From Phormidesmis sp. (GTDB lineage: Bacteria; Cyanobacteriota; Cyanobacteriia; Leptolyngbyales; Leptolyngbyaceae): DNA of 64,000 bases. This document shows positions 41,985 to 52,620 of the stretch, piece by piece. The stretch lies in the NCBI GenBank assembly GCA_965248535.1, contig CBDFJR010000002.1, forward strand, positions 864,001 to 928,000, read 5' to 3'. Position numbers and translations under genes: made by a program. The number at the start of each line of letters is the position of its first letter. Positions within the stretch are counted from its first letter, which is position 1. The notes beneath the pieces were generated by a model. That model saw only the letters and a list, made by a program, of their open reading frames with translations. It was not told the origin of the DNA and did no database searches.

Positions 41985-42953
41985 ATGCGTCTAGAGCAGT
42001 TGCAGGCATTTCTCGCCGTTGCAGAAACTGGGAGCTTTCAACAAGCTGCCCGCCACTGTAATGTGACGCAATCCACCATCAGTCGCCAAATTCAAGGGCT
42101 AGAAGCCGAGGTCGGGCTGCCCTTGCTGCATCGCTCGACTCAGGCAAAGCTGACCATTGCGGGCGATCGCTTCCTGCCCCATGCCCGCAAAATCTGGAAC
42201 GAGTGGGGCATCGCCACCCAAGAGCTAGCCGACCTGCTAGACGGCAAACAGCCAGAGCTTTGTGTTGCCGCGATTCACTCAGTCTGCGCCTTTCACCTGC
42301 CGCCCGTGCTGCAACGATTTTGCCAAGAGCACCCAGAAGTGCAGCTACGAGTCACCTCATTAGGCAGCGATCGCGCCCTCAAAGTGCTCAAAGATGGGCT
42401 AGTCGATTTAGCGATCGTGATGAATAATCGCTTTTTGACCGCTAACCCTGAGATGGTCGTCGATGTTCTCTACGACGAGCCAGTTAAGGTGTTGATGGCC
42501 GCAAGCCATCCTCTCACCCAATATACCGAGGTGCCCTGGACAGAGTTAGTCCGCTACCCGCAAGTCGTCTTTAAAGATGGGTATGGAATGCAGCGACTCG
42601 TGCAAGAACAGTTTCAGCGTCAGGGTGTCGCCCTCAATGCTGTTTTAGAACTCAATACTCTCGATGCATTTCGAGGCATTGTCCGTCAGGGTGAACTGAT
42701 TGCGCTATTGCCCCAAGGCGCGATTCACGATGTCCATCTCGACCCAACCCTAGCATCAAGAGCAACGGCTGATCCCACCCTGATTCGTCAGGTGGTGCTG
42801 GTCACCACCCAAGATCGTCTCCTGATTCCTCCGATTCAACGCTTCCGATCGCTCGTCCTCGAACTCATGCGCCAGCCCACCGCGCCAGCCGGGAGTCCAT
42901 TATCTTCGCCCGTGACGGCACAGCCAGTCGCTTCTCAAATCATGGGACGATAA
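41985..42953 (+). CDS. ntcB: LysR-type nitrate assimilation regulator
   Basis: MRLEQLQAFLAVAETGSFQQAA...VTQSTISRQI, LGSDRALKVL; NtcA box upstream; cnaT downstream. Confidence 0.85.
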   Translation: MRLEQLQAFLAVAETGSFQQAARHCNVTQSTISRQIQGLEAEVGLPLLHRSTQAKLTIAGDRFLPHARKIWNEWGIATQELADLLDGKQPELCVAAIHSVCAFHLPPVLQRFCQEHPEVQLRVTSLGSDRALKVLKDGLVDLAIVMNNRFLTANPEMVVDVLYDEPVKVLMAASHPLTQYTEVPWTELVRYPQVVFKDGYGMQRLVQEQFQRQGVALNAVLELNTLDAFRGIVRQGELIALLPQGAIHDVHLDPTLASRATADPTLIRQVVLVTTQDRLLIPPIQRFRSLVLELMRQPTAPAGSPLSSPVTAQPVASQIMGR

Positions 42954-42994
42954 GCGTCTGAAATAAACTTATTAAGATTGCTTGGGCAGAAATT

Positions 42995-44050
42995 ATGAGT
43001 AACGCATTTAGAGAGTTACTGCGAAAAATCGGCAGTGGGCCTCACACCGGGGAAAATTTGAGCCGCACTGAGGCTCAAGCCGCGACTCAGATGATGCTGC
43101 TGCAAGAGGCAACCCCCGCCCAGATCGGAGCTTTTATGATTGCCCACCGCATCAAGCGCCCAACCGGGGAAGAACTGGCAGGGATGCTAGATGCCTACAA
43201 AGCCCTAGGGCCAAGTCTGCAACCGATTGAGTCTACCTACCCGGTCACAGTCATGTGTTTGCCCTATGACGGGCGATCGCGCACGGCTCCGATCAGTCCT
43301 TTAACGTCGCTGATTTTGGCTAGTGCAGGCGTGCCGATCATTTTGCACGGAGGCGATCGAATGCCGACCAAAGAAGGGGTGCCCCTAATCGAACTCTGGC
43401 AAGGGCTAGGCATCCCCTGGGAGAGACTTTCGCTCGATCAAGTTCAGCACGTCTTAGAGACTACAGGGCTAGGGTTTGTCTATTTGACCCACCATTTTCC
43501 CCTAGCAGCCGGGCTGGTGACCTATCGCGATCAAATTGGCAAACGTCCCCCGTTTTCCACGTTGGAACTGATGTGGTCTCCTTATGCAGGAGCGGCTCAT
43601 GTGGTTTGTGGCTTTGTCCACCCACCGACTGAAAATATGTTTCGCGATGCATTTGCCCGCCACGGAATCTCGAATTTCACCACTGTCAAAGGGCTAGAAG
43701 GAAGCTGTGATTTGCCCCGCGATCGCACGGTTATCATCGGCGCAAACAGGTCTGAGTTTGAACGGCTTCACCTTATCCCTCGTGACTTTGGGTTTGCAGC
43801 CAAAGAGTTGCCCCTCAGCCCCACCTCTGAATGGGTCGAAGCGGTGCAGGCAGTGTTAGCAGGCAACCCATCTGACCTAAGGCAGTCTGCTATTTGGAAC
43901 GGCGGTTTCTATCTGTGGCGCTGTGGCGTTTGCTCAGATCTGACCACAGGGTTTGTCAAAGCTGAGGCGCTGCTGACCCAGGGGGCGGCGGCTCAAAAGC
44001 TCGACGAACTCAGCAAAGCGACTCAATCACTGGCGGCGGTCAAATTTTAG
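42995..44050 (+). CDS. cnaT: Anthranilate phosphoribosyltransferase-like protein (CnaT-like)
   Basis: QIGAFMIAHRIKRP, PYDGRSR, GFVHPPTE, VKGLEGS; follows ntcB. Confidence 0.75.
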   Translation: MSNAFRELLRKIGSGPHTGENLSRTEAQAATQMMLLQEATPAQIGAFMIAHRIKRPTGEELAGMLDAYKALGPSLQPIESTYPVTVMCLPYDGRSRTAPISPLTSLILASAGVPIILHGGDRMPTKEGVPLIELWQGLGIPWERLSLDQVQHVLETTGLGFVYLTHHFPLAAGLVTYRDQIGKRPPFSTLELMWSPYAGAAHVVCGFVHPPTENMFRDAFARHGISNFTTVKGLEGSCDLPRDRTVIIGANRSEFERLHLIPRDFGFAAKELPLSPTSEWVEAVQAVLAGNPSDLRQSAIWNGGFYLWRCGVCSDLTTGFVKAEALLTQGAAAQKLDELSKATQSLAAVKF

Positions 44051-44067
44051 CCCTGATTCACCACGAG

Positions 44068-44976
44068 TCAAACGACGGGCAAAATCATGCCTTCCCGTGC
44101 TAGCAAACTGTTGGGAAAAACGGTCTGAACTTCAGCTTCTACCTGATCGAGAAAATCATCATCGTGGTTAGGGTCATGATGAAACATTACGGCTCTTTTT
44201 ACGCCAGCCACCTGAGCGACTTTGATCGCTTCTTGCCAGGTTGAGTGCCCCCAGCCGATCTTGGGCGTTTTAACGTCGTAATATTCTTCATCGGTATAGC
44301 AGGCATCGTAGACTAAAACGTCTGCATCACGGGAGAGATAAACCAGATTTTCGTCAATGCGATCGGGGTAGTGCTCAGTGTCAGTGGCATAGACGGCCGT
44401 GCGACCTTGCCAGGTGACGCGATAGCCTAATGCCGAGTTTGGGTGATTTAACGGGCCGGTTTCGATCGTAATATCGTCTAGTTGGATCGTGTCGCCTGGC
44501 ATCAAGTCGTGAAACTTCATGTCTGACTTCATCACCTGCATCGGCACCGGAAAGTTGGGATGGTGCATTTGATCACTGAGGCGCTGCTTCATGGTGGCCC
44601 CATTGGGTGCGACCCCGCCATAGATGTGAAAGCAGTTGCCGGGCACAAAGGCAGGCACAAAAAAGGGAAATCCTTGAATGTGATCCCAGTGAGAGTGGCT
44701 GAAGAACATATGGGCCTCGACAGGCGTTTGCTTCAGCAATTGCTTGCCTAAAATCCGTAGACCTGTTCCTCCATCAAAGATCAGGCGTTTGCCGCCGACT
44801 CGAATTTCTAAACAGGAGGTGTTGCCACCATAGCGGACGGTTTCGCTACCCGGAGCGGGAATGCTGCCCCGAACGCCCCAAAATTGAATCACAAATTCTG
44901 AAGAGTTGGTCATTTCTAGGTTTGCACTTGTCTCAAGAGCAGTTAAGCTGGGTTTTGAGCGGTCTAGATGGGACAT
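44068..44976 (-). CDS. MBL-fold metallo-hydrolase
   Basis: FWGVRGS, YGGNTSC, SHSHWDHIQGFPFF, GWGHS, HHDP. Confidence 0.9.
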   Translation of the reverse strand: MSHLDRSKPSLTALETSANLEMTNSSEFVIQFWGVRGSIPAPGSETVRYGGNTSCLEIRVGGKRLIFDGGTGLRILGKQLLKQTPVEAHMFFSHSHWDHIQGFPFFVPAFVPGNCFHIYGGVAPNGATMKQRLSDQMHHPNFPVPMQVMKSDMKFHDLMPGDTIQLDDITIETGPLNHPNSALGYRVTWQGRTAVYATDTEHYPDRIDENLVYLSRDADVLVYDACYTDEEYYDVKTPKIGWGHSTWQEAIKVAQVAGVKRAVMFHHDPNHDDDFLDQVEAEVQTVFPNSLLAREGMILPVV

Positions 44977-45205
44977 GTTTGTCAAGCTTGCGGGTCGGCT
45001 ATACGTTACGGCATCAGGCGTTGACGATCGGAGTCAGACTTCTAGTCACCCGGCAGCACGTTTGCCAGCGGGGCTTAGGTTGGTTATCCTTAATGCTACC
45101 CATTTCGATCCCGTTGTTACCAATTCAGGCAGAATTTAAGCTTTTTTGACAGGTTAAAGGCCCAGAGAACCCCTGAGCCTTTTTGCTGAATTGAGGGCTA
45201 TAAGG

Positions 45206-45715
45206 TTAGCGATAGGCTTTGATGCACTGCTCGACTAGGGGCAAAACTTTATCAACATCTTGCCAGCCAAGAATTTCGGTGACTTTTTTCTCTAGGTTTT
45301 TATAGGTTCTAAAGAATTCGGCGATCTCATCAAGCCGATGAGCCGCAAGATCGTTAAGAGATTTGACATTGACATAACGAGGGTCTTTGTCGGGCACGCA
45401 GAGAATTTTTTCGTCTCGATCGCCGCCGTCAATCATTTCTAACATTCCGATCGGGCGAGCCGCAATCACGCAGCCCGGAAACGTGGGCTGATCCATAATC
45501 ACCATGCCGTCGAGCGGGTCGCCATCATCGGCTAGGGTGTTGGGGATGAAACCATAGTCGTAGGGATATTGCACCGAGGCATAGAGAACCCGATCGAGGG
45601 CAAAGGCGTTTAGATCTTTGTCAAATTCATATTTATTTTTGCTGCCTGCGGGAATCTCAACCAAGACGTTGATCAGACCGGGCTTAGGCTGGGCGGGAAT
45701 GCGAGTTAAATCCAC
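45206..45715 (-). CDS. ppa: Inorganic pyrophosphatase
   Basis: KYE, LDRVL, YPYDYG, DDGDPLD, DEK. Confidence 0.97.
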   Translation of the reverse strand: MDLTRIPAQPKPGLINVLVEIPAGSKNKYEFDKDLNAFALDRVLYASVQYPYDYGFIPNTLADDGDPLDGMVIMDQPTFPGCVIAARPIGMLEMIDGGDRDEKILCVPDKDPRYVNVKSLNDLAAHRLDEIAEFFRTYKNLEKKVTEILGWQDVDKVLPLVEQCIKAYR

Positions 45716-45805
45716 TGCGGTTCTCCAAACACGATAATAGGGAGCAGGGGTGAATCACCGTCTGCCCATCCTTGATTTTAGGGGAAGAAGGCAAGTAGGG
45801 TTTGG

Positions 45806-46390
45806 TTATTTTGCCTCAAAATCCACTTTGTCGTAGAGATCTGCAAGGGTGATTTCAAAGGGAACGGAGTTGAGCGAGAGGATGGCTTCTGCGCCGTCAT
45901 ACTCAGAAAAAATCCATTTGCGGGGTTCGGTTTTGTAATATTGCTCAACGTGGCGATCGTATTGATCGATTAAGATATATTCCTGAAAGGATGGAATGGT
46001 GCGATGGGCTGCGAACTTGCCGCTCCGATCATAGGCTTCTGTGGAGTTTGACAGCACTTCGACTATCATCATCGGATTGGTTAGGGTATCTCTTCGTCCT
46101 TCCTGAAGTTGCAGTTCTCCTGAAATGAGCATGACATCAGGGTAGGTGTAGATGCGCTGGCGAGGAATCCACAGCCGTTGATCGGTGATAAAGGCTCGGT
46201 AAGGTTGCCGCTTGAGAGCAAAGTTAATGGCTGCATAAAAGTTACCTGCGATCGTATTGTGATTGGGCATTCCACCAGGCATCAGAACAATGTCTCCATC
46301 AATGTATTCATGTCGCTCCTCTGCGTTGGCTTCGAGTTCTAGATACTCGTCGGGGGTGTAGTTCTTTTTCTCTTCAGCTTGCATAATCAT
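45806..46390 (-). CDS. Uma2/DUF820 family endonuclease
   Basis: RHEYIDG, YTYPDV, VEVLSNSTEAYDR, EYILIDQ. Confidence 0.9.
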   Translation of the reverse strand: MIMQAEEKKNYTPDEYLELEANAEERHEYIDGDIVLMPGGMPNHNTIAGNFYAAINFALKRQPYRAFITDQRLWIPRQRIYTYPDVMLISGELQLQEGRRDTLTNPMMIVEVLSNSTEAYDRSGKFAAHRTIPSFQEYILIDQYDRHVEQYYKTEPRKWIFSEYDGAEAILSLNSVPFEITLADLYDKVDFEAK

Positions 46391-46730
46391 GAAAGTTTAA
46401 TCTCCAACTGCTTGAATAAAAATGATGGGTTTCTTTGAGGGCGACGACCACTTTTTGATAGTGCGTGATAACCCTTTGTAAGATGACCTCAAAAAGACAA
46501 CGTGGCAGTTTTGATTGCCGAACAATAGCAAAGCTCTGGCAGTTCTAAACAGATTGTCAGATTCTTTTAAATTGATTTGAGATAAGCATCAAACGAGAAA
46601 GATGGCACTATGTTTTTAGCCTTGGTGCGATCGGTGAAATGATGACCACGGACTTTCTAGTCTTCAGTGGGCGATCGTGGCGTTTTGAGTTCTGAGATCG
46701 GGATTTCAAATTTTGAGGGCGAAGTTTCGG

Positions 46731-46920
46731 TCATTGTAGGAGAGCGACGAAGCCAGCTTGCTCAAAGTGGCGATCGTGAGTCAAAGCTTCCAGAATATTT
46801 CGTTGCTGCATGATGCAGAATGAGGCACAGTCAGTCTGGCTCCAAGCTTGATCAGGGCGTTGCTGGTGCAGGATTCAGGATGGCGACCCAGTAACCCGTA
46901 TCGACAAATACGGTTCTCAT
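46731..46920 (-). pseudogene. PIN/VapC toxin remnant with large internal deletion and frameshift
   Basis: MRTVFVDTGYWVAILNP joined out of frame to RPDQAWSQTDCASFCIMQQRNILEALTHDRHFEQAGF; ATGA overlap with upstream gene. Confidence 0.85.
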
Positions 46921-47222
46921 TCTTCAACCTTTGGGGAGCCGTATAGATAGTGATCGATGTTTTTAGAGAGATCGGTTGGCAGGTTTTTCCACTCTTCATC
47001 GGGCACCTGGGCGCGAATTTCGTCAATTATGCCAAGAAATGATTGAGCAGAGTCATCTTGAGAGTCAGATAACTCTGTTGGGTCGCCATTAAAACCTGCA
47101 CGGTCACCCTCTGGTAGCAAGACAATCACCCGCACTCTACCAGGATTAGTAACCTGTAGTGGCTGATCTAAAGACAGGTGTCCTTGGGCATCGATCGTTC
47201 CTGTGGCCTCAATCGCTTGCAT
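46917..47222 (-). CDS. Putative antitoxin of the adjacent PIN toxin
   Basis: 101 aa, acidic; C-terminal DLSKNIDHYLYG; stop overlaps vapC start. Confidence 0.65.
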   Translation of the reverse strand: MQAIEATGTIDAQGHLSLDQPLQVTNPGRVRVIVLLPEGDRAGFNGDPTELSDSQDDSAQSFLGIIDEIRAQVPDEEWKNLPTDLSKNIDHYLYGSPKVEE

Positions 47223-47333
47223 GATTTCAAGGCTGATAGATTCTGCTCAAATTCTAACAGGGGAAAATCGCTCTTTGAAGGGTGAAGGCTTGCGGTGAAA
47301 AGGAAGCGAGGAGACGGTGATCGCATATAAGCA

Positions 47334-47367
47334 AGATCCCCGACTTTTCTAAAAAAGTCGGGGATCT
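47334..47367. repeat. REP-like palindrome, left of RAYT
   Basis: AGATCCCCGACTTTT-CTAA-AAAAGTCGGGGATCT. Confidence 0.9.
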
Positions 47368-47414
47368 GTATAGGGCTTCGGGAAGGCTAGATTTATCTGC
47401 TTTCAAATTCCCTC

Positions 47415-47987
47415 ATGCCATACCGCACGATCGCCTTTGAACCTGGCAATTTCTATCATCTGTATAATCGGGGCAATAATCGCCAAACCATCTTCTTTGA
47501 GCGCGAGAATTATCTTCATTTCCTGCGGTTGGTACGGCGATATTTGACACCTGAGGAAGTGGAAATTTTAGCCTACTGCTTGATGCCGAATCACTACCAT
47601 CTGCTGGTGCATTTCAAAGCTGGCAATCTTAGCGAACAAATGAAGGTATTATCTCTGGCATACACTAAAGGGATGAATGTTCGCTACAACCGGGTTGGTT
47701 CGTTGTTCCAGGGGCGGTTTTGCTCGATTCAAGTCGATCGCGAGTCATATCTGGTTCATCTGGTACGCTACATTCACTTGAATCCAGTCAAGGTTGGGTT
47801 GGTGATGCATCCAAGAGAATGGGAGTTTTCGAGTTATCGGGAGTATGCGGGGCAGCGACAGGGAACGTTGCCGAAACTGGAACGGGTGCAGGCTCTAACA
47901 GTCGAGAAGGATGCCTATCAGATGTTTCTAGAAGATCAGTCGTTGCCCCAAGATGCCAAAATGCGATCGTTTATGTTAGATGAGTGA
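47415..47987 (+). mobile_element. REP-associated tyrosine transposase (RAYT/Y1_Tnp, HUH family)
   Basis: YHLYNRGNNRQxIF, AYCLMPNHYHLL (HUH), LFQGRF, YIHLNPVK (catalytic Tyr), WEFSSY; palindromes on both sides. Confidence 0.9.
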
Positions 47988-47998
47988 TGTGCTGCCAG

Positions 47999-48032
47999 AG
48001 ATCCCCGACTTTTTCCAAAAAGTCGGGGATCT
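47999..48032. repeat. REP-like palindrome, right of RAYT
   Basis: AGATCCCCGACTTTTT-CC-AAAAAGTCGGGGATCT. Confidence 0.9.
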
Positions 48033-48105
48033 TTCAATTCTAAAACTGGACAGAGCCGCTCTAGCTGGTGTTGCCCTGCGTCTCCGATCGGTCAGCACAG
48101 AAGAC

Positions 48106-48134
48106 AAAAAAGGGCAAACTCGAAAGCTTGCCCT
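48106..48134 (-). terminator. Intrinsic terminator after chlN
   Basis: AGGGCAA / TTGCCCT stem with an A-run on its left (U-run on minus strand). Confidence 0.65.
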
Positions 48135-48168
48135 CAATACATCACAAAGAATCTTGCAGAACCTAACG

Positions 48169-49584
<1,416 letters not shown>

Positions 49585-49650
49585 TCAAAAATCGATGATT
49601 AGAAGAAACGCAGTTCGATCGAGTTGTGCAAAACGGGTCGAACAAAAGAA

Positions 49651-50034
49651 TCATTTTCGCCCTGACCCCCCACAGTCTTCGTCTCGCTTGGCATAGACGC
49701 GGCTGACGCGCCCACTCGCAGGCAACAATTTGACTTCTTCGTCAACGGTGGCATCAACTTTAGCCAGAGAGTCAAGGGCACGATCGGGGTTAAAGTTCAG
49801 CCCTAGCGCCATCACGATGCGATCGGGGTTGCTGTTGAGGTCTACGACCAAAGGCAAAAAGGAAGTCAGTTCGGGTTCTAAAACCGAAAGGGTCGCCAAA
49901 ATAAAGCTCGAAGAGGGTCGTCGCTGCCCGTTGCAGTTGACCCAGACCGCCAGACGAGCCAACCAGGGGCGGTTATCTCGATAATAGGTTAGCCATTTGT
50001 CTTTGAGAGATTGGCGGAGTTGCACGATATTCAC
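49651..50034 (-). CDS. DUF5331-like conserved protein between chlL and chlN
   Basis: LKDKWLTYY..NR.W, RRPSSSFIL, ALGLNFNP; usual position in cyanobacteria. Confidence 0.7.
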   Translation of the reverse strand: MNIVQLRQSLKDKWLTYYRDNRPWLARLAVWVNCNGQRRPSSSFILATLSVLEPELTSFLPLVVDLNSNPDRIVMALGLNFNPDRALDSLAKVDATVDEEVKLLPASGRVSRVYAKRDEDCGGSGRK

Positions 50035-50049
50035 AAGTCACCTGAGAGA

Positions 50050-50124
50050 GTTTTGAGGGTTGAATTTTGAGTTCTCAGCTATTCTCTAACAACTCAGAAC
50101 CCAAACCTCGAAACTCAAACCTCT
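50050..50124. repeat. Short heptamer-like tandem repeats in inverted arrangement (STRR-like)
   Basis: TTTTGAG/GGTTGAA/TTTTGAG facing AACTCAG/AACCCAA/ACCTCGA/AACTCAA. Confidence 0.5.
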
Positions 50125-50126
50125 CT

Positions 50127-50987
50127 TTAGACCATCATCAAATCCACTTTTTCGCCCTCGGCTTTGGGTGGGGTCGGGTTGAGATAGAAATCAGACAGCA
50201 GCGAGAACAACTCCCGATCGGGCGAGTCATTAGGCACCACCCCTTCAGGGTTGGCCAAAATCTGGTCGGCGATGTTGAGATAATAGTCACAAACATAGTT
50301 CAGCGATGGCTCTGTCTCTGCCATCTCAAACAGGGTTTTGCCTTTGACGCGCGAGACCCGGATGTCTTCAATCAACGGCAGCACTTCGAGCACAGGCATC
50401 GGCACTGAGTCAATATACTTATCGATCAGGTCGCGCTTTGAGGTGCGATTGCCGATCAATCCCGCTAGGCGCAGGGGGTGAGTCCGGGCTTTTTCGCGCA
50501 CCGAGGCCGCGATGCGGTTAGCGGCAAACAGAGCGTCAAAGCCGTTGTCAGTGACGATCAGGCAATAGTCGGCATAGTTGAGCGGAGCCGCAAAGCCACC
50601 ACACACTACGTCACCCAGCACGTCAAATAAAATCACGTCATATTCATCAAAGGCGTTTAGCTCTTTGAGTAGTTTGACGGTTTCGCCCACGACATAGCCG
50701 CCGCAGCCTGCCCCAGCCGGAGGCCCGCCTGCTTCTACGCAGTCAACGCCGCCATAGCCTTTGTAGATCACATCTTCGGGCCAGACATCTTCGTAGTGAT
50801 AGTCTTTTTCTTGCAGCGTGTCGATGATGGTCGGAATCAAGAAGCCCGTGAGGGTAAAGGTGCTGTCGTGCTTGGGGTCACAGCCAATTTGCAGCACTTT
50901 TTTGCCGCGTCGGGCCAGGGCAACCGAGATATTGCAACTGGTCGTCGATTTGCCGATGCCACCTTTTCCGTAAACTGCGAGTTTCAC
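50127..50987 (-). CDS. chlL: Dark-operative protochlorophyllide reductase Fe-S ATP-binding subunit
   Basis: [40 protein letters not shown]. Confidence 0.98.
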   Translation of the reverse strand: MKLAVYGKGGIGKSTTSCNISVALARRGKKVLQIGCDPKHDSTFTLTGFLIPTIIDTLQEKDYHYEDVWPEDVIYKGYGGVDCVEAGGPPAGAGCGGYVVGETVKLLKELNAFDEYDVILFDVLGDVVCGGFAAPLNYADYCLIVTDNGFDALFAANRIAASVREKARTHPLRLAGLIGNRTSKRDLIDKYIDSVPMPVLEVLPLIEDIRVSRVKGKTLFEMAETEPSLNYVCDYYLNIADQILANPEGVVPNDSPDRELFSLLSDFYLNPTPPKAEGEKVDLMMV

Positions 50988-51546
50988 TAGTTGTTTCTCC
51001 TAATCTCTTCTCAAAAGGGGTGAGCTTTGGGAGCTTAAAACAGGCAATCAGCCTTGGTTTTGTGAGGGCTAGCTGGGTCAGCCTTGTTGCTCTCGTCTCT
51101 GAATGCATTATTGACGATGTTGCAGGCGATTGGAAGAGGCATTTTTAGCCAAGAGATGCGATAAAAAGCAGTTATTCAGAGCTAGGAGAGGAATTAGTGA
51201 TTTCAGAATCTCAGAATAGCTCTCAAGCTGAAATTCAGAGTTTTTTGAGTTTTTATATTCAGCTTTTTATAGAAAGTAGAACAATAGACAAAAAAGATGA
51301 GGATCTCAGTTTGACTCAATCCTTTAGGTCTGTGCGGCGATCGCGCTCCCCACAGACTGTCAAACGAGTTCAATTCATGCAAATTTTGGATCGAACTGGT
51401 TTAAAAGCGGTGGATTCTGGCGATTAACCCCGGTTGACTCGTCGTTTAGATGCGTTTTGAAATCAGCAGGGCGATCAGCGATCGGGCCACACAACTTCTT
51501 TATTAAGAATGGTGAAACTTTTGGGGTACGCTGCTGTTCCCAAAAG

Positions 51547-51568
51547 AAAAGGCACCTCGAAAGGTGCC
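51547..51568 (-). terminator. Probable terminator after Spy/CpxP genes
   Basis: GGCACCT-CGAA-AGGTGCC hairpin with adjacent A-run. Confidence 0.55.
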
Positions 51569-51593
51569 TAAGCGCGATCGTCAACCCGGTCTC

Positions 51594-52019
51594 TTATTGA
51601 GCAGGCTTCACTCGACGCTGAGATTTGTATTGCTCTCTTTGGCTGCGTTGCTCAGGAGTCAGCACAGCATCCATCTGACTGCGAGCTGCTTCTCTGATCT
51701 GCTTGATTTTGGCTTTTTGGTCGTCGCTCAAATTGAGAGACTTCCAGTTTTGACCGCGCTTCATGCCTTGACCACGCTCGGCTTGCAGTTTTGTCCGCTG
51801 CTCAGAGGTGAGCACCCCTTCAATCTGCTGACGGGTGTTGTCACGAATAGTTTTGAGTTTGGCTTTTTGATCGGCATTCAAATTTAGCCGATTTTGCATT
51901 CTCTGACCCGCTCTCGGTGCGACTGGTGCAGACGATTGAGCGTGAGCCGTTAAAACAGGCGCGGCTGAGATCAAGAGCGCGATCGCGCCGGGTAGCAGCC
52001 AAAAAAGTTTGTTCTTCAT
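51594..52019 (-). CDS. Spy/CpxP family periplasmic chaperone (LTXXQ)
   Basis: Signal peptide; LNLNADQKAK, VLTSEQR, LNLSDDQKAK, VLTPEQR. Confidence 0.85.
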   Translation of the reverse strand: MKNKLFWLLPGAIALLISAAPVLTAHAQSSAPVAPRAGQRMQNRLNLNADQKAKLKTIRDNTRQQIEGVLTSEQRTKLQAERGQGMKRGQNWKSLNLSDDQKAKIKQIREAARSQMDAVLTPEQRSQREQYKSQRRVKPAQ

Positions 52020-52112
52020 AGAGATTGAGTGTCCTAAAATATCAACAAGTCAATCGATTGATTGCTTCATGACATTAGACGGTGGCTCGATTGAGAAGGT
52101 TCAACTCGGCGC

Positions 52113-52511
52113 TCAAATTGTGTCGGGCTGACTGCGATTTTTGCGGAGTTGCTCAAGCTGATCTTTGCGTAAGACGGTTTCCATCTCTTTGTTAGCGGCT
52201 GAGACGATTTTTGAGATCTTCGCTTGCTGAGTCTTGTCTAGTTTCATTGTCTTGAGCACTTGCCCCGGCTTGCCGCCTTTTTTGACCGCAGTCGTAAATT
52301 GCGTTTTTTGGTCGGGCGTGAGCACCTCGATAATTTGCTTGAGGGCACTGTCTCTAATTTTTTTGACTTTGACTTTTTGACCCGCATCGAGAGTGACTTT
52401 GGTGGCGGTTGCTTGACTCACGAGTTGAGACAGTTCAGCGCGGGCGATCAGCACCGGAGCGCCGATCAGCATCAGTGAAATAGTTGCGGAGAGCAGCAGA
52501 GAATTTTTCAT
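52113..52511 (-). CDS. Divergent Spy/CpxP family paralog
   Basis: Signal peptide; VLTPDQK; Lys-rich. Confidence 0.7.
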   Translation of the reverse strand: MKNSLLLSATISLMLIGAPVLIARAELSQLVSQATATKVTLDAGQKVKVKKIRDSALKQIIEVLTPDQKTQFTTAVKKGGKPGQVLKTMKLDKTQQAKISKIVSAANKEMETVLRKDQLEQLRKNRSQPDTI

Positions 52512-52620
52512 GGCAGAAAACCGCTAATTATTGGGCTATTGAGTTGACATCATACAGAAACGCTTTCGCAGAACAGAGCATCTTTAGAAATTATTTCTAG
52601 TTGACGAGAAATTTTAGGAA

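Noticed and set aside
50127..50987. nifH-like P-loop protein suggesting nitrogenase
   Set aside because: Sequence and chlN neighbour identify it as ChlL
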